Assembly: GCF_009834535.1 (NCBI RefSeq)
Contig: NC_045696.1
Span: 94,428,001-94,492,000 of the forward strand
Direction: 5' to 3'
Origin: Camelus ferus
Taxonomy: Eukaryota
DNA: 64,000 nucleotides
Shown here piece after piece: positions 29,401 to 41,719 of the stretch; within the stretch, counting starts at the first letter, position 1, and the number at the start of each line of letters is the position of its first letter. The notes below the pieces were generated by a model, which made no database searches, was not told the origin of the DNA, and was given only the letters and a program-made list of their open reading frames with translations. Made by a program: the position numbers and the translations under genes.

Positions 29401-30009
29401 TAATTATATTGCTAGAGACTGAACTTCAATTTAATCTGCAATCTGTTACCCAGTAGCAGCAGTGGGCATGGTAGATAAAACCTACTAGGTCATGTGTCCT
29501 AGTGAATAATAGAAACATAAGATTAAATTATTTTTGTGTAAATTATAAACATGCCAGGATGGCATAGTGTATATGGTGTAGACATACATATATGCATATA
29601 TTAGGTATATAATATATGTATACATATATATAATTATTAAAAGAAATGTACTTGTTTTATGATATTTCTTCAAATGTAATAAGCAGTTTGTGTATATTTA
29701 AGTGTATGTGTGTGTGTGCAGGTGTAGTGACCACATGAGAAAATCTTAGTATAATGCAACATATTTTTGAAAAATCTTTGGTGGGATAAGTGGGAGCAGG
29801 ATAAGCAAGAACTGAAAATAATCAAAAGTTGAGAAATTCTGTCTCTTTCCATGAAATAACAAATGAAAAGGGAACCAAAATACATTTTATACATGCAAAG
29901 TCCAACATTTATTGAGTAATGTTTCCAGAAGAGAAACAGTTTTAAAAGCCTAAAATTATTATTTATAATATAAATAGCCAAATGCAGAAAGCACAAAAGT
30001 TTTAATAAA

Positions 30010-31080
30010 TATTATTTTGTATAAATATCAACCAGGTTAAGTGGTTGGTAGTATTGTTCAAGTCGTCTGTGTATTTACTAAGTTTTTTTTTGTCTAATTG
30101 GCCTAATTGCTGAAAGATATTAAGATCTCCAAATGATCTAGAAATTATGTTTTAATTCTCTCAATTTTTTATTTCATATATTTTCATATATGTTTAAGCT
30201 CTATTAATTATATATTCATTTAAGATTGTTATATCTTCCTAGTGAATTGCTCCTCTATTATTTAGAAATGCCCCTATTTGTATCTGATAATACTGTTTGT
30301 CTCGATGTGTTCTTTATCTACTACTAATATATGCAGTCCAGCCTTTTTAGTCTCACTGTTCACATGGAATATCATTCTCCATACATTGACCTGAGGTTTA
30401 TGTTGAAAGTACATTACTTTTAGATTACACTAGAGTTGGGTCTTGCTTTTTTTTCTTTTTTTTTTTTTTAACCCATTCTGACCCCCTGTCACTTTTAACT
30501 GGATTATTTAGACCATTAACACTTAATGCAATTTTTTTATATTGTTGGCTTAAGACCTACAATTTCACTGGTTTTTGTTTGTTTGTCAACTCTTTTTTGT
30601 TCCCCTGTTCTTCCTTTCCTGCTTTCTCTAGGACAAACTGAATATTTTTTAAAATTCCATTTTTAATTTATTGACTTTTTAGCTATATATTTTTAAAATT
30701 TTATTTATTTATTTATTTATTTGGAGCAGAGAAAAGTTTATTGCTGGGCTGAGCATGGAGAATGGATGGCTTATGACCAAACAACCCTGAACTCCCCAGA
30801 GGGTTTCTTACCTATGCATTTTGTGTTGTGTTTTAATAGTTACTTTGTGTTTTACAGTGTACTTCCTAAACTTTTCACAGTTTACGTAGCTGTTATTGTT
30901 CTGCTTCATGTAAAAATATGAAAATCTGGCAAATATGTAGTTTGATTTAACTCCTCCCCACCATGTTACATGACCATATGTATTGCACTATGTATATTAC
31001 AAATTACATAATTTAATCTTATCTTTTTAATAATAGTCATATGTATCCTAAAGGATTAAGAAGAAGCAATAGTCTTTTAC
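30010..31080 (-). mobile_element. Old LINE-1 (L1M) inter-ORF / ORF2 5' remnant
   Basis: tagtattgttcaagtcgtctgtgtatttactaa...taagattgttatatcttcctagtgaattg...ggattatttagaccattaacacttaatgcaa. Confidence 0.7.
30695..30807 (-). mobile_element. Poly(A)-tailed ERV LTR-like 3' fragment (retrocopy) with degraded TSD
   Basis: Minus strand: cagcAATAAActtttctctgctcc then (AAAT)n; flanks ttagctatatatttt / ttacctatgcatttt. Confidence 0.65.
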
Positions 31081-31384
31081 ATTGTCAAACATTGATTATT
31101 GAACATGAAGTTTGGAAGAGATGCAAAGAATGGGCTAACTCTAGCACACCACTGAAATGCAAAGCACTTCTTATTTCTGAGGATGAGTTCTCACTCTTCT
31201 TTACAACACTGGGTTTTCTCAGTGGCCCAAGAATATCTTCTGCCATTAGTATGGCCTAAGAATATATATTGCTTATTCTTCATGAGAAATTTTTATTGGC
31301 AAGCCTTATCTTTTAAAACTCTATTCAAGGTGTCTGGATCTGTAGAAGCATATACTTAAAAAGACTTGAGTATCCTCTATCTCA

Positions 31385-31500
31385 ACCATTTCATTTTAGA
31401 GTTGCAGAAACTGAGACCCAGGGGAATTAAATGATCTAAGTAAAGCCATGTAACTAATTAATAGACAAATTTAGATTAGAATATAAGTCTCCTGACTTCT
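31385..31500 (-). mobile_element. MIR SINE core
   Basis: tcattttagagttgcagaaactgagacccaggggaattaaatga. Confidence 0.8.
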
Positions 31501-31801
31501 GGAGGTCAATTCTTGACTGAAGTTTAGGTGTTTTTCATGCAGTAAAGGTGGTATCTTACACTCTAGTGTCTCCTTATTGTCACCAGACTGTAAAAGCCTT
31601 TTTAAAAAATCTGATTTTGAATGTCCTTAGGTGGGGAATAGGATATCTATAGATGCTTCAGTATTATCCACCTTTCTATTTCATTTGTGAAAGCCAATTT
31701 ACATATTCATGTATCTCAGAAAACACTCAAATTTATAAGTACTCAATTAATGCCAAATGAAGAATCAGGATATCGAACACTTAGGTTTTCTTTCCTTAGA
31801 T

Positions 31802-31915
31802 TAGGGTGAACAACTGTTCTGTTTTGCCCAAGACTGCCCTGATTTTAGAACTGAAAATTTGGCATTCTGAGAAACTTCTTAGTCCTGGACAAATCAGAAT
31901 GGTTGATTACTCTTA
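31802..31915. mobile_element. MER81 hAT-Blackjack MITE
   Basis: tagggtgaacaactgttctgttttgccc...ttttagaactgaaa...tggttgattactctta; about 114 bp with imperfect TIRs. Confidence 0.8.
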
Positions 31916-32011
31916 GCTAGCCATTTTTTCCCCAAGTAAAAATATTTTTTTATGAAAATAATAGCCAAGTATTAATGATTAATATTTTCATCTCTCTGGT
32001 AGAATTTAAAA

Positions 32012-32247
32012 AATTAACACTGTATTGTAAATTGAAATTTGCTAAGAGAGTAGAACTTAACTTACTTTTGTTCTCACCAAAAATTATAAAAAGATCAATA
32101 TGTGAAGTGCTAGAGGTGTTAATTACCCAGATGGGAGGAATCCTTTCAAAATGTACACACATATCAGTTCATCACAATGTACACTTTAAACATTTTAAAA
32201 ATTTATCTGTTAATTATACTTCAATAAAGCTAAAAAAATAAAATAAA
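32012..32247 (+). mobile_element. LINE-1 3' end (L1MA9-like)
   Basis: tgaaatttgctaagagagtagaacttaa...aattatacttcAATAAAgctaaaaaaa. Confidence 0.88.
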
Positions 32248-34232
32248 TCTGGATTGTCTGAAAAGTAAAAGAATAACTTAAATAATTAAAACAGCTCTGT
32301 AAAATCTGTGAACCTTCTCTCAAGAAACTGGTAATGTAATATATCATGACCTAATGATACTCTTAGTTCATTTCTTAATCCTGAAGTGTACTCATTATGA
32401 TCTGTTCTTGAGAATGAATGACTATACTTACTTTTGCTCCAGTAATAGTTCAGTATTTTGAGACACACTCTAGCCTTCAGAAAGGATCTCCGGTACCTCA
32501 AGTTCTATCAATAGCTCTCTGTGGAAGAAATCACTACTCTTCTTCAGTCCTTTTGATAAGTGTGCCTCCCTTGGAACGTTTTGCCCTGTGAGAACCTGCC
32601 AGTGATGCTCTTCTGGGTGGTCTTCCTTCCTACAGGAACCTCCTCTAAGACCCTAACCCCAATTTTTTTCAAGGCTAACTGATGTCATAATTTGTTTTGT
32701 TAGTTTGTCTTAATTAAGGTAAACTCTAGCTACAACCACTCCACCCTCAAGTTTCCAGAATTTAAGGTGCTCGTGAATAATATATGCATCCATGTATTGA
32801 ACCCCTCCCTGTAGCTTTACCTGTCCCCTTCCCCTTCTCCAAGCTGCTTCAGGTCTCAGGTAGACCTTGGATTTCTCAGGGGAGTTTTGCCTCTCTCTCT
32901 CTCTCTCCCCAACATATTTTAAAATACATTTAAATGGAGAACAGAATACACTTTTGGCTTTGCTTTTTACTATTTAAAATAATGGTAGTGGCCACGTGGA
33001 TGGATTTGAAAGAATAAGATAATATAGGTAGGAGTAACACCAGAAGGAGGGAATGGGTGTTGGAGGAGGAGGAGAAAGGGGAGAGGTGAAGGTGCAGAGT
33101 AGAGAGAAGAGGAAATAACCCTTACCTTCTTTCTTATCTTCTCGCTCTGTCTTGGTAGAAGTCCCTGATTCTGTGTTTACCTCTCCATTTGAAATCTTCT
33201 CAATCTAAAGTATCTGCTATGTGATAAAATTGGTTTTTAAAATATCATCTTTATTTCGTGTGCCGTATCCTGAATATTGGAATGAGGTAGAACAGCAAGA
33301 ATTTTGTATTAATTAAACTGCTTTTTAAATAGTTGCAAGTCGGACTTTGAAATTATGATGTAAATTTATGCAGAAAATGCAAATCAGAAGGTTCCTCAGT
33401 TTTGATGTAATAAAATCTGGTACTGTTATTATAAACTCCTACCATTTTCTCCCCAGCTCCATTGAAAGATGAAAGTGCCAAGCACTGTCTTTTTTCAGCT
33501 CTTCCCCTTGGAATTCCTGTCATTCTTATTTAGCATACCTTATTTCTTCATGGAAATAGCACTGTTTGGTTTATTAAAAATTCATGGGACACAATTTTCT
33601 CTTGAGTACATAGGGCCTAAGGCTTTCAACCACGTCTATGTTATTGCCTAAAAACTTACCTATATTTAAAAGATTCATGAATTTAGAGACTTACTATTGG
33701 CCAAGTGTCAGCAAAGCCTTTTTTAAAGTTATAAAACACAGGATTAGAAAAAACTATAGAGGGTCATTCATTCTGTCTTTACTCCTGGAAAAACTTGCCC
33801 TGCGTTAATCAAAACTGATAAATAACTAATCTTACTATTAAAAAAAAGAAGTCACCCCTCACTTTGGTATATAGATATTTCAGTGAAGAAGCCTATTTCT
33901 CATGGAATGATGCCTTTTGTTACAATAACAATTCTGTTTTTTTTTTTCTCTTACCAGATAGTTTTTAAGTAGCCTCTGTGCTTCAAAACTCCTCTTTCAA
34001 AATTTTCATTATTATGTTTCCTGATCTATTCTTAAAGTTTATTTTTTTAATTTTCAGAGCCTCAGGTTTCTAATTTTATTTGTGAACTTTAAAATACTCT
34101 TATACAAGTTATCTGGGGATAAAGAATTTTTTTAAAAACTCTAGATTTCTGTGTTGGAATGATCAAAATTATTTACGTATTCTTCCGTATTTATATTTAT
34201 GTAAGTAAAGGGGCCTGCATTTGACCTATTCC

Positions 34233-34357
34233 TTTTCTTTTTAAAACATTATAATCAATTTTAATAAAACATGCATAACATAAAGTATACCATCTTAACC
34301 ATTTTAAAGTGTACATTTCTGTGATAGTAGGCACATATAGTCCACATTAGGCAATCA
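34233..34357 (-). mobile_element. Short LINE-1 3' terminus (L1MB-like)
   Basis: cataacataaagtataccatcttaaccattttaaagtgtaca. Confidence 0.7.
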
Positions 34358-34914
34358 AGATTTTAAATACCCAATTACCAACCTAGATAATATCTGACTT
34401 CTTTGATCCCACAGCTTTCAGTATGTTTCATGAATTTTATACTGTTTTGTATTGTTTATTTTATAACCCAAGCACCTAGCACAGAGCTTGCTAGTCAATA
34501 AATGGTAAAAGATTAAGGATTCCAATAAACTGAAGATCCGCAAAGGGATCATCAGAGTTTGGAGCCTGAATTTTTGTGAAATGAAGCTGAAAACCCAAAC
34601 TGCTCTATTAAAAGCTACATTTTATAATCTGATTCTCATCAGCTATTATTAACATTGTCTAAGATTCAAATACTTCTTTTATTGAGTGTCTGCTCAATGG
34701 ATCTTAGAACTAGATATCATTATTTCCCTGGGGACAAAGCCAGTCAAAATTACTCATCTAGATGATTCTATCATTTCATCCCTTCGGGGCTACAAGCCTA
34801 TCTAGAAGAGAACATCTTTAGATGGCAGAGACTTTTACCCCGATCTGAAGTCTTAAAAAGAATTTAAAATCATATTTTCAGCATTGGCATTTTTTTAAGT
34901 CTAACATGAATAAT

Positions 34915-35132
34915 TGCAATCACTTATTAAATACATACTATGTTCCAAGAACTGTGCTAAAAAAGCATTTTGCAGACCCCATTTCATGTAATCTTAGCAA
35001 TAACCCTGTCAGGTCCTTACCTTCATTGTACAGATGAGGAAGCTGAGTCTTAGATTAAATGGCTTACCCAAATTTGCAAAGCTAGAGAGTAGCAGAAATG
35101 AGATTTCATCTAGTCTGTCTGATTTCAAAGCC
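34915..35132 (-). mobile_element. MIR SINE
   Basis: tactatgttccaagaactgtgctaa...cattgtacagatgaggaagctgag...tctgtctgatttcaaagcc. Confidence 0.88.
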
Positions 35133-35529
35133 TTGTTTTTTTTTTTAAACTATGTCAATATTTTCTACAGATTGGTGACCTTCAATTCACTTGTTAATAC
35201 TGATGAGAACTGAAGCTTTGAATAAGCATTAAAGTGAAAGCTAAAAAACATCTTTTTAAAAATGAGAGTACAGAAAGGCATTAGTTAAATTGCAATGAAT
35301 AATTTGAGGGATGGAAGCATTTCAGTGTTGTGCTCAGTCTCAGAAAGTAGAGGACCCATATGGATATAGAGTACATTTCCTTGCCATTGAAGAGAATCAT
35401 GCTTTTGTCATCACAGAAAGCTGACTGTATTTTAAGTGTATATTTATATGTTTTATATATTAATAGATTTATGTGATAATATTTTATATCTGTATTACAT
35501 ATAGATGTTTGAAAAAGATCGTATAACCA

Positions 35530-37995
35530 TATTTTTTATATAATTGTGCTGAAAAACATGTAAAATTTACCATCTTATCTATTTGAGTATATAGTTCAGT
35601 AGTTTTAAGGATATTCACATTGTTGTGCGACCAATCTCCAAAAGTTCTTCATCTTGCAAAACTAAAACTTTATACCTGTTAAAACACAAGTCCTTATTGA
35701 TCGCTCCCCACCCCGCCCTCCACTCTTGGAAACCACCATTTAACTTTCATTTCTATGAATCTGACTACTCTAAATACGTTGTGTAAGTGGAATCATACAG
35801 TATTTGTGCGTGTGTGTGTGTGACTGGTTTATTTTACTTAGCTTAATATCCTTGGTGTTCATCCATGTTGCAACATGTATCAAAGTTCCCTTTTTTAAAT
35901 TGAATTATAGTTAATTTATAATATTGTGGTAGTTTCAAGTGTACAGCAAAGTGATTCAGTTATATATATATATATGCACATATAAATATTTTAGGGTTTT
36001 TTCCATTATAGCTTATTACAAGATACTGAATATAATTCCATGTGCTATGCAGTAAATCCTTGTTGCTTATCTATTTTATGTATAGTAGTTTGTATCTATT
36101 AATCCCATATTCCTATTTTCCCCTTTCCTCCCCTCTGTTCTCTGTGGTAACCGTAAGTTTGTTTTCTATGTTTGTGAGTCTATTTCTGCTTTATAGATAG
36201 ATTCGTTTGTATTATTTTTTAGATTCCACATAAAATGATATCATATAATATTTGTCTTCCTCTGTATGACTTACTTCACTAAGTATAGTATTCTCTAGGT
36301 CCGTTTATGTTGCTGCAAATGGTAATATTTCATTCTTTTTTTATGGCTGAGTAATATTCGTGTGTGTGCGTGTGTGTGTGTGTGTGTACCACATCTTCTT
36401 AAGCCAGTTGTCTGATGATGGGCACTTGGAGTTGTTTCCATGTCTTGGCTATTGTAGATAATGCTGCTGTGAACATTGGGGTGCATGTATCCTTTAGAAT
36501 TAGTTTTAGTCTTTTCCAGATATATACCCAGGAGTGGGATTGCTGGAACATATGATGGCTTTATTTTTGTTTTTTAAGAAACTTCCATTGCTGGTTTCCA
36601 TAATAACTGCATCAGTTTATATTCTCACCAACAGTGTAGGAGGGTCCCCTTTCCTCCACACCCTCTCCAGCATTTATTATTTGTAGACCTTTTGATGATG
36701 GCCATCCTGACTGGTGTGAGGTAGTACCTCATTGTGGTTTTGACTTGCATTTCTCCAATAATTAGCGATGTTGAGCATCTTTTTATGTGCTTGTTTGGCC
36801 ATCTGTATATCTTCTTTGGAAAAATGTCTGTTCAGTTCTTCTGCCAATTTTTTGAATGGGGTTTTTTTTTTCAATATTGAGTTGTATGAGCTGATTGTAT
36901 ATTTTAGTTATTAACTCTTTGTCATTTCCACCATTTGCAAATATTTTCTCCCAGTCCATAGGTTATCTTTTCATTTTGTTCATGGTTTTCTTTGCTGTGC
37001 AAAAACTTTTAAGTTGAATTAGGTCCATTTGTTTATTTTTGCTTTTTTTTTTTTTTTTTGCCTTGGAAGACTGATCTAAGAAAATATTGCCATGATTTAT
37101 GGCAGAGGATATTTTGCCTATGTTCCCTTCTAGGAGTTTTATGGTGTTGTGTTTTATATTTAGGTCTTTAAATCATTTTTGAGTTTATTTTTATAAAAGA
37201 TGTAAGATAGTGTTCAATTTCTTTGATTTACATATAGCTGTCCAGTGTCCCAGCCACTTGTTGAAGAGACTGTCTTTTCTCTATTGTATATTCTCATCTC
37301 CTTTTCATAGATTAATTGATCATAAGTGCATAGGTTTATTTCTGGGCTCTCTGTTCCTTCCATTGATCTATGTGTCTATTTTTGTGCCAGTACCATGCTG
37401 TTTTGATTATGGTAGCTTTGTAGTATGTCTGAAGTCTGGTGGGATTATACCTCCAGCTTTGTTCTTTGTCCCTTCCTTTTTAAGACTGAATAGTATCCCA
37501 TTGTATTATATACATATACACTGTTTAACCATTTATCAGTTGATTTGGGATGCTTCCATCTTTTGGCTACTGTAAAAAGTACTACTGTGAACATGGGTAT
37601 ACTTTGCTTTCTATTATTTTGTGTATATATTCAAAAGTGGAATTGCTATATTGTATGGTGATTGTATTTTTCATTTTTCCAAGAACCACCATACTGTTTT
37701 ATATAGCAGCTGTATCATTTTACATTCCTACTAATGCACAAGGGTTTCTATTTCTCCACATCCTCACTGACACTTTTTATTTTCAGTTTGTTTGTTTGTT
37801 TTTTAATAATAGCCATCCTAGTGGATGTGAGGTGATACCTCATTGTAGTTATGATTTGCATTTCCCTAGTGATTCATGATGTTGATCTTTTCATATGCTT
37901 ACTGGCCATTTATTTATTATCTTTAGAGAAATATTTATTCAAATCCTCCTCCCATTCTGTAAATTGGGTTGGGCTTCTTTGGTGGTGAGTTATAC
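35530..37995 (-). mobile_element. L1MB-like 3' end (35530-35890, 37469-37995) split by a younger L1
   Basis: aaaatttaccatctt...catcttgcaaaactaaaact...ttcatccatgttgcaacatgtatcaa resumes as ccttcctttttaagactgaatagtat. Confidence 0.85.
35891..37468 (-). mobile_element. Younger 5'-truncated LINE-1 (ORF2 C-terminus and 3'UTR)
   Basis: Minus ORF 36677-36874 contains [16 protein letters not shown]; the 3' end ttttttaaattgaattatagtt is homologous to those at 5215 and 58153. Confidence 0.93.
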
Positions 37996-38294
37996 AAGCC
38001 AACTGTATTCTTACTACAGTTTATATTTATACTTACAGCCTTCTATAAGAATAACCATAAGTAATCCAAGATAAGAAACCAAAACATTAAACAGAACTGA
38101 AAGTGTATTAGTGTCCTCTTCCCTTGTTAAATGTGTACACAGGAACCTTTTTTTTTTTAATGTAGACTGATTTAAAATGCATAAACATTTGGTAAACATA
38201 AGGAAGCATTTACTTTATTTTGATTTCTAATATATTCTTATAGTCACATGGCAGAATATTAGTAGGACTAATACTCAAATTAGAATAGATTTTA

Positions 38295-38700
38295 GATACC
38301 ATCTAATCCAATTCCCACATTTTGCAGATAAGGAAACATTAAAGAAGAGAGAATATTTGCTACATAGATAATTAATGGCGCAACTGGGCCTGGAAGCCTG
38401 GAGCCCAGGTCTCCAATTGGTGCTGCTTTTCCACCTTCTGCACTGCTGTCCCTGAGTAGAATCAAGCTGAGCCTGTTGTCTTGGGAATTTACTGAATTAG
38501 GATCCCAAACACCTACGTTGTGTTCTTGCTCTTGCTACTTACTAGTTGTACTACCTTTAGCAAGACAGTCAACTGCAGTGATATTGAGTATTTCCCATCA
38601 GTAAACAAGCATGAAAACACTTGCCTTGTCCAATATCAATGGTGACTGTGAAGTTCCAAATGAGACAGAATATGTGAAATCAATCTGAAAATGTATGTGT
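38295..38700. mobile_element. Two degraded MIR remnants in opposite orientations (~38295-38420, ~38490-38700)
   Basis: cacattttgcagataaggaaac; tttcccatcagtaaacaagcatgaaaacacttgcc...aaatgagacagaatatgtgaaa. Confidence 0.6.
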
Positions 38701-40039
38701 TGTGTATTGGCTTAACAGGATTTCAAATCCACTTGTTTATGACTTAAGTGAAGTTGTTTTAGTCTGCTTGTTTATGACAAAGATGACAAAAACAAAGGCT
38801 TTTAGAAGTAAAGTTGTGATACAAGAATGAAGTAAGTTGTGCTGGGATGTCATCATCTCATCTGTGGTCCTAGATAAGCACTTAGTAGCTCAGCTGCTGA
38901 GGGGCCCTGCTGGGAGCTTACTGATAGGAACACGCGGAGAACCACCTATGGCAAGGGGACATTTAGACTGTAAATGCTGAGAGCTTGTGAGGAATATCTG
39001 AGAGAGACTGTTTCGGTCTGGGCAAAAGCTACTTTTTGCTGATATAGCTCTCTGAAGATCTTGGGATAATTTTTCCTGCTAATACCAGACTACTCTTGGT
39101 GGGCAATGATGTTAAGCCATGCAGCAGTCTTAGGAAGAGAAGGGACATCTATTCCAGCCTGGATGAGACACTTCCTCATAGGCGGTGGTGCAAACCAGAC
39201 AATGGTCCATCGAGTGATAACCCTCGAGCAGCCTAGCCTGCCCCCAACACCAGCGCCCTCATTCCCTAGCAATGTGCTCTAGCCATATGGGCTTTGATTT
39301 TTAACTGTGGCAGCTGGACATCAGCTCTTGGTTGGTTAAACCGTCTCTCCCAAGTCCCAGCTTATACAAAGGTACACCTCAGACTAAACTTGGTCTTTAT
39401 TTCTTTAATCTCCCTATGTCTGGAACATAGTCTTGTATTATACTGTATGCAAGTAGAAGGCGGTATTACTATTAACATATAATTTTTGTTAAGTGATGTA
39501 TTAGGATGAAGACCAAAATTGAGAATCTAGATACCTACTTGAATTTTAATCTTACATTTATCTCTAAGTATCTGTGCCTATAAAGTGGCTAATTTTACCT
39601 GACACATATGAAATCTTCAACAACTCTTCCCTTTTCTGTCTGGATTTCAGTCTCTTCATCTGAAAAATGAGAAAGCTGAGCTAGATGATAGCTACAGACC
39701 AATCCAACCGAAACACCTGTGACGCCATGAAACGGCATGTCCTGTATGGATCCATAGCACCTAAAAAGGCTTCTGAGTCTATTAAATGTGTATACCCTGG
39801 GCCATAGTAACATAGACATGGTCCTTATGCTCCATATCTAGGCAAACAAACAAAAAACCCTCTATTTTATAAAGCCCTGCTCACTAGATCCCTGAATTTC
39901 CATGTATTTCTTCCTCAAAGGTCACTTTTTCCCAAATCTAAAAGTAGAATAAGGGTTTCTCTCATCTTCTTACTCCCACAACAACAACAAAAAAAACCCC
40001 AACTCCTTTAAAGAGCATATACTGTGTGTTTACCTCCCA

Positions 40040-40225
40040 GATCACCTGCTCATGGCTGAGTAAATTTGGACAAGGCATTATGTCCCTTAGGACTTCGGTT
40101 CCATAAATGTACAAGGTGGGAGTATCATTTTCTACCTTCTAGAGTTATGGCCAGGACTGAGTGGGATGTCCTCTGTCTGGCACCTTACATAGAGCCAGAC
40201 AGAGAGCAGATGCTCATTAAATGTT
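40040..40225 (+). mobile_element. MIR SINE
   Basis: tttggacaaggcatta...ttccataaatgtacaaggtggga...ctaccttctagagttatggccaggactgagtgggat...atgctcattaaatgtt. Confidence 0.7.
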
Positions 40226-41049
40226 AATTTCCCTCCTTTCCCTCGTGGAATAATCACAATTAGGGAAACTGGGTCCACAAAGAAGGCCAGATTCCTTATA
40301 ATAGGGATGCTGCTCATGAGAATTACTTAAGGAAGAAGGGCATCTAGCAAATTACACAAGTTTTTTCCCCCCCCAGTTGATGATTCATGGAAATGCTGGC
40401 TCCTTGGGGGGCCATGGGCCATGAGCCAGGACACATGGACACCTAGAGCAGGGATGCTACTGAAGAGGTAAGGAAGAAATATAAATGGAAGCCGAGCCTT
40501 CAAATCTCTTATCAGTGGACCAAGAAAAATGAATTGCTTTACAGTGAGTGAGGTCTGGCAGCTCAGAATCTAAATTTTCAAAAGGTAGCTGTGTAGAATC
40601 TTTTTCTTGAGGGCCAGGTATTTCTGGCATGGCTGAGGAAACTCTTTAAAGGAGTTAATCTGAGTCTGATAGAAACAGTCAAATTAAATGGCAAATATAA
40701 ACTTCACAAGAAGGCCCACACATAAAGGAACTCTATAGAGTAATTGTATTCATGATCATAGGCCTCTGTTAAAATGTAAGTGTGTTTAACCAATATCCAT
40801 AGCCCTTCTCTCTGTCACTGTCTCTGACAAATGCACTTGTGGTTATTTCAAATGGATTTTTATTTAGAAAATAGTCCACGATAAATCTATCCAAACCAAA
40901 TCATTGATCAAGATACTTGGATTTGCGGTAGATCAGTTTTGGACCCAGAATCCAGGATGACAGAATCCCCAGACTTTTTCACTGTCTGTTCTGGGTGCTG
41001 ATTCTCCAAATCAGTTTTTTTCTGTCTGGGTGATGATAATTTTTACTCT

Positions 41050-41263
41050 AAGTGTTTCTTAACCCCAGTTCTGTCACATCTTGAGCTGGGTAATTCTTTG
41101 GGGGTTGTCCTATCCATTATGAGATACTTAGCAGCACTTCTGATCTCAAACCCCCAGATGCCAATAGCATCATACCCCTTCAATTGTGACCATCAAAAAT
41201 GTCTCCAGACAATGTCAGATGTCCCCTGGGAGACAAAAAAAATCATCCCAATGAAAATCACTG
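41050..41263. mobile_element. MER20 hAT-Charlie MITE (opposite orientation to 26221-26449)
   Basis: ccagatgccaatagca...ttgtgaccatcaaaaatgtctccagacaatgtcagatgtcccctggg. Confidence 0.88.
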
Positions 41264-41374
41264 TCCCTACCAGAAGGAAAGGTGTGCTCATTTCCAGGTA
41301 TAAAAGCTGCTTACCTATCTACTATCCTACACAAGGTGTTTGGTTCTCCAAAAAAAAAAAAAAAAAAAAAAAAA

Positions 41375-41700
41375 AATCACAAGGCATATGAAGAGGGAGG
41401 GACTACTTTGAAGAGGAAAAACAGACATGAAAGGCAGACTCAGGTATTACCCAGATGTTGGAATTTATGGAGAGGGGTTTAAAAGAACTATAATATATTA
41501 ATTGCTCTAATGGGAAAGGTAGACAACATGCAAAATCAGATAATTTCAGCAGAAAGATAGAAACTATAAAAATAACCATATGAAAATGCTAGAAATCAAA
41601 ACCAGAAATGAAGAATGACTTTAATGGACTCATCAGTCAACTGGACACAGTTAAGGAAAGAATCAGTTATCTTGAAAAGCTATTAAAGATCACACAAGAT
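41375..41700 (+). mobile_element. Old L1M ORF1-region fragment
   Basis: cagatgttggaatt...aaggtagacaacatgcaa...aatttcagcaga...aaatgctagaaatcaaaa...ggactcatcagtcaactggacacag; sense counterpart of 54311-54720. Confidence 0.8.
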
Positions 41701-41719
41701 GGAAAGTAGCTTGTAACTT

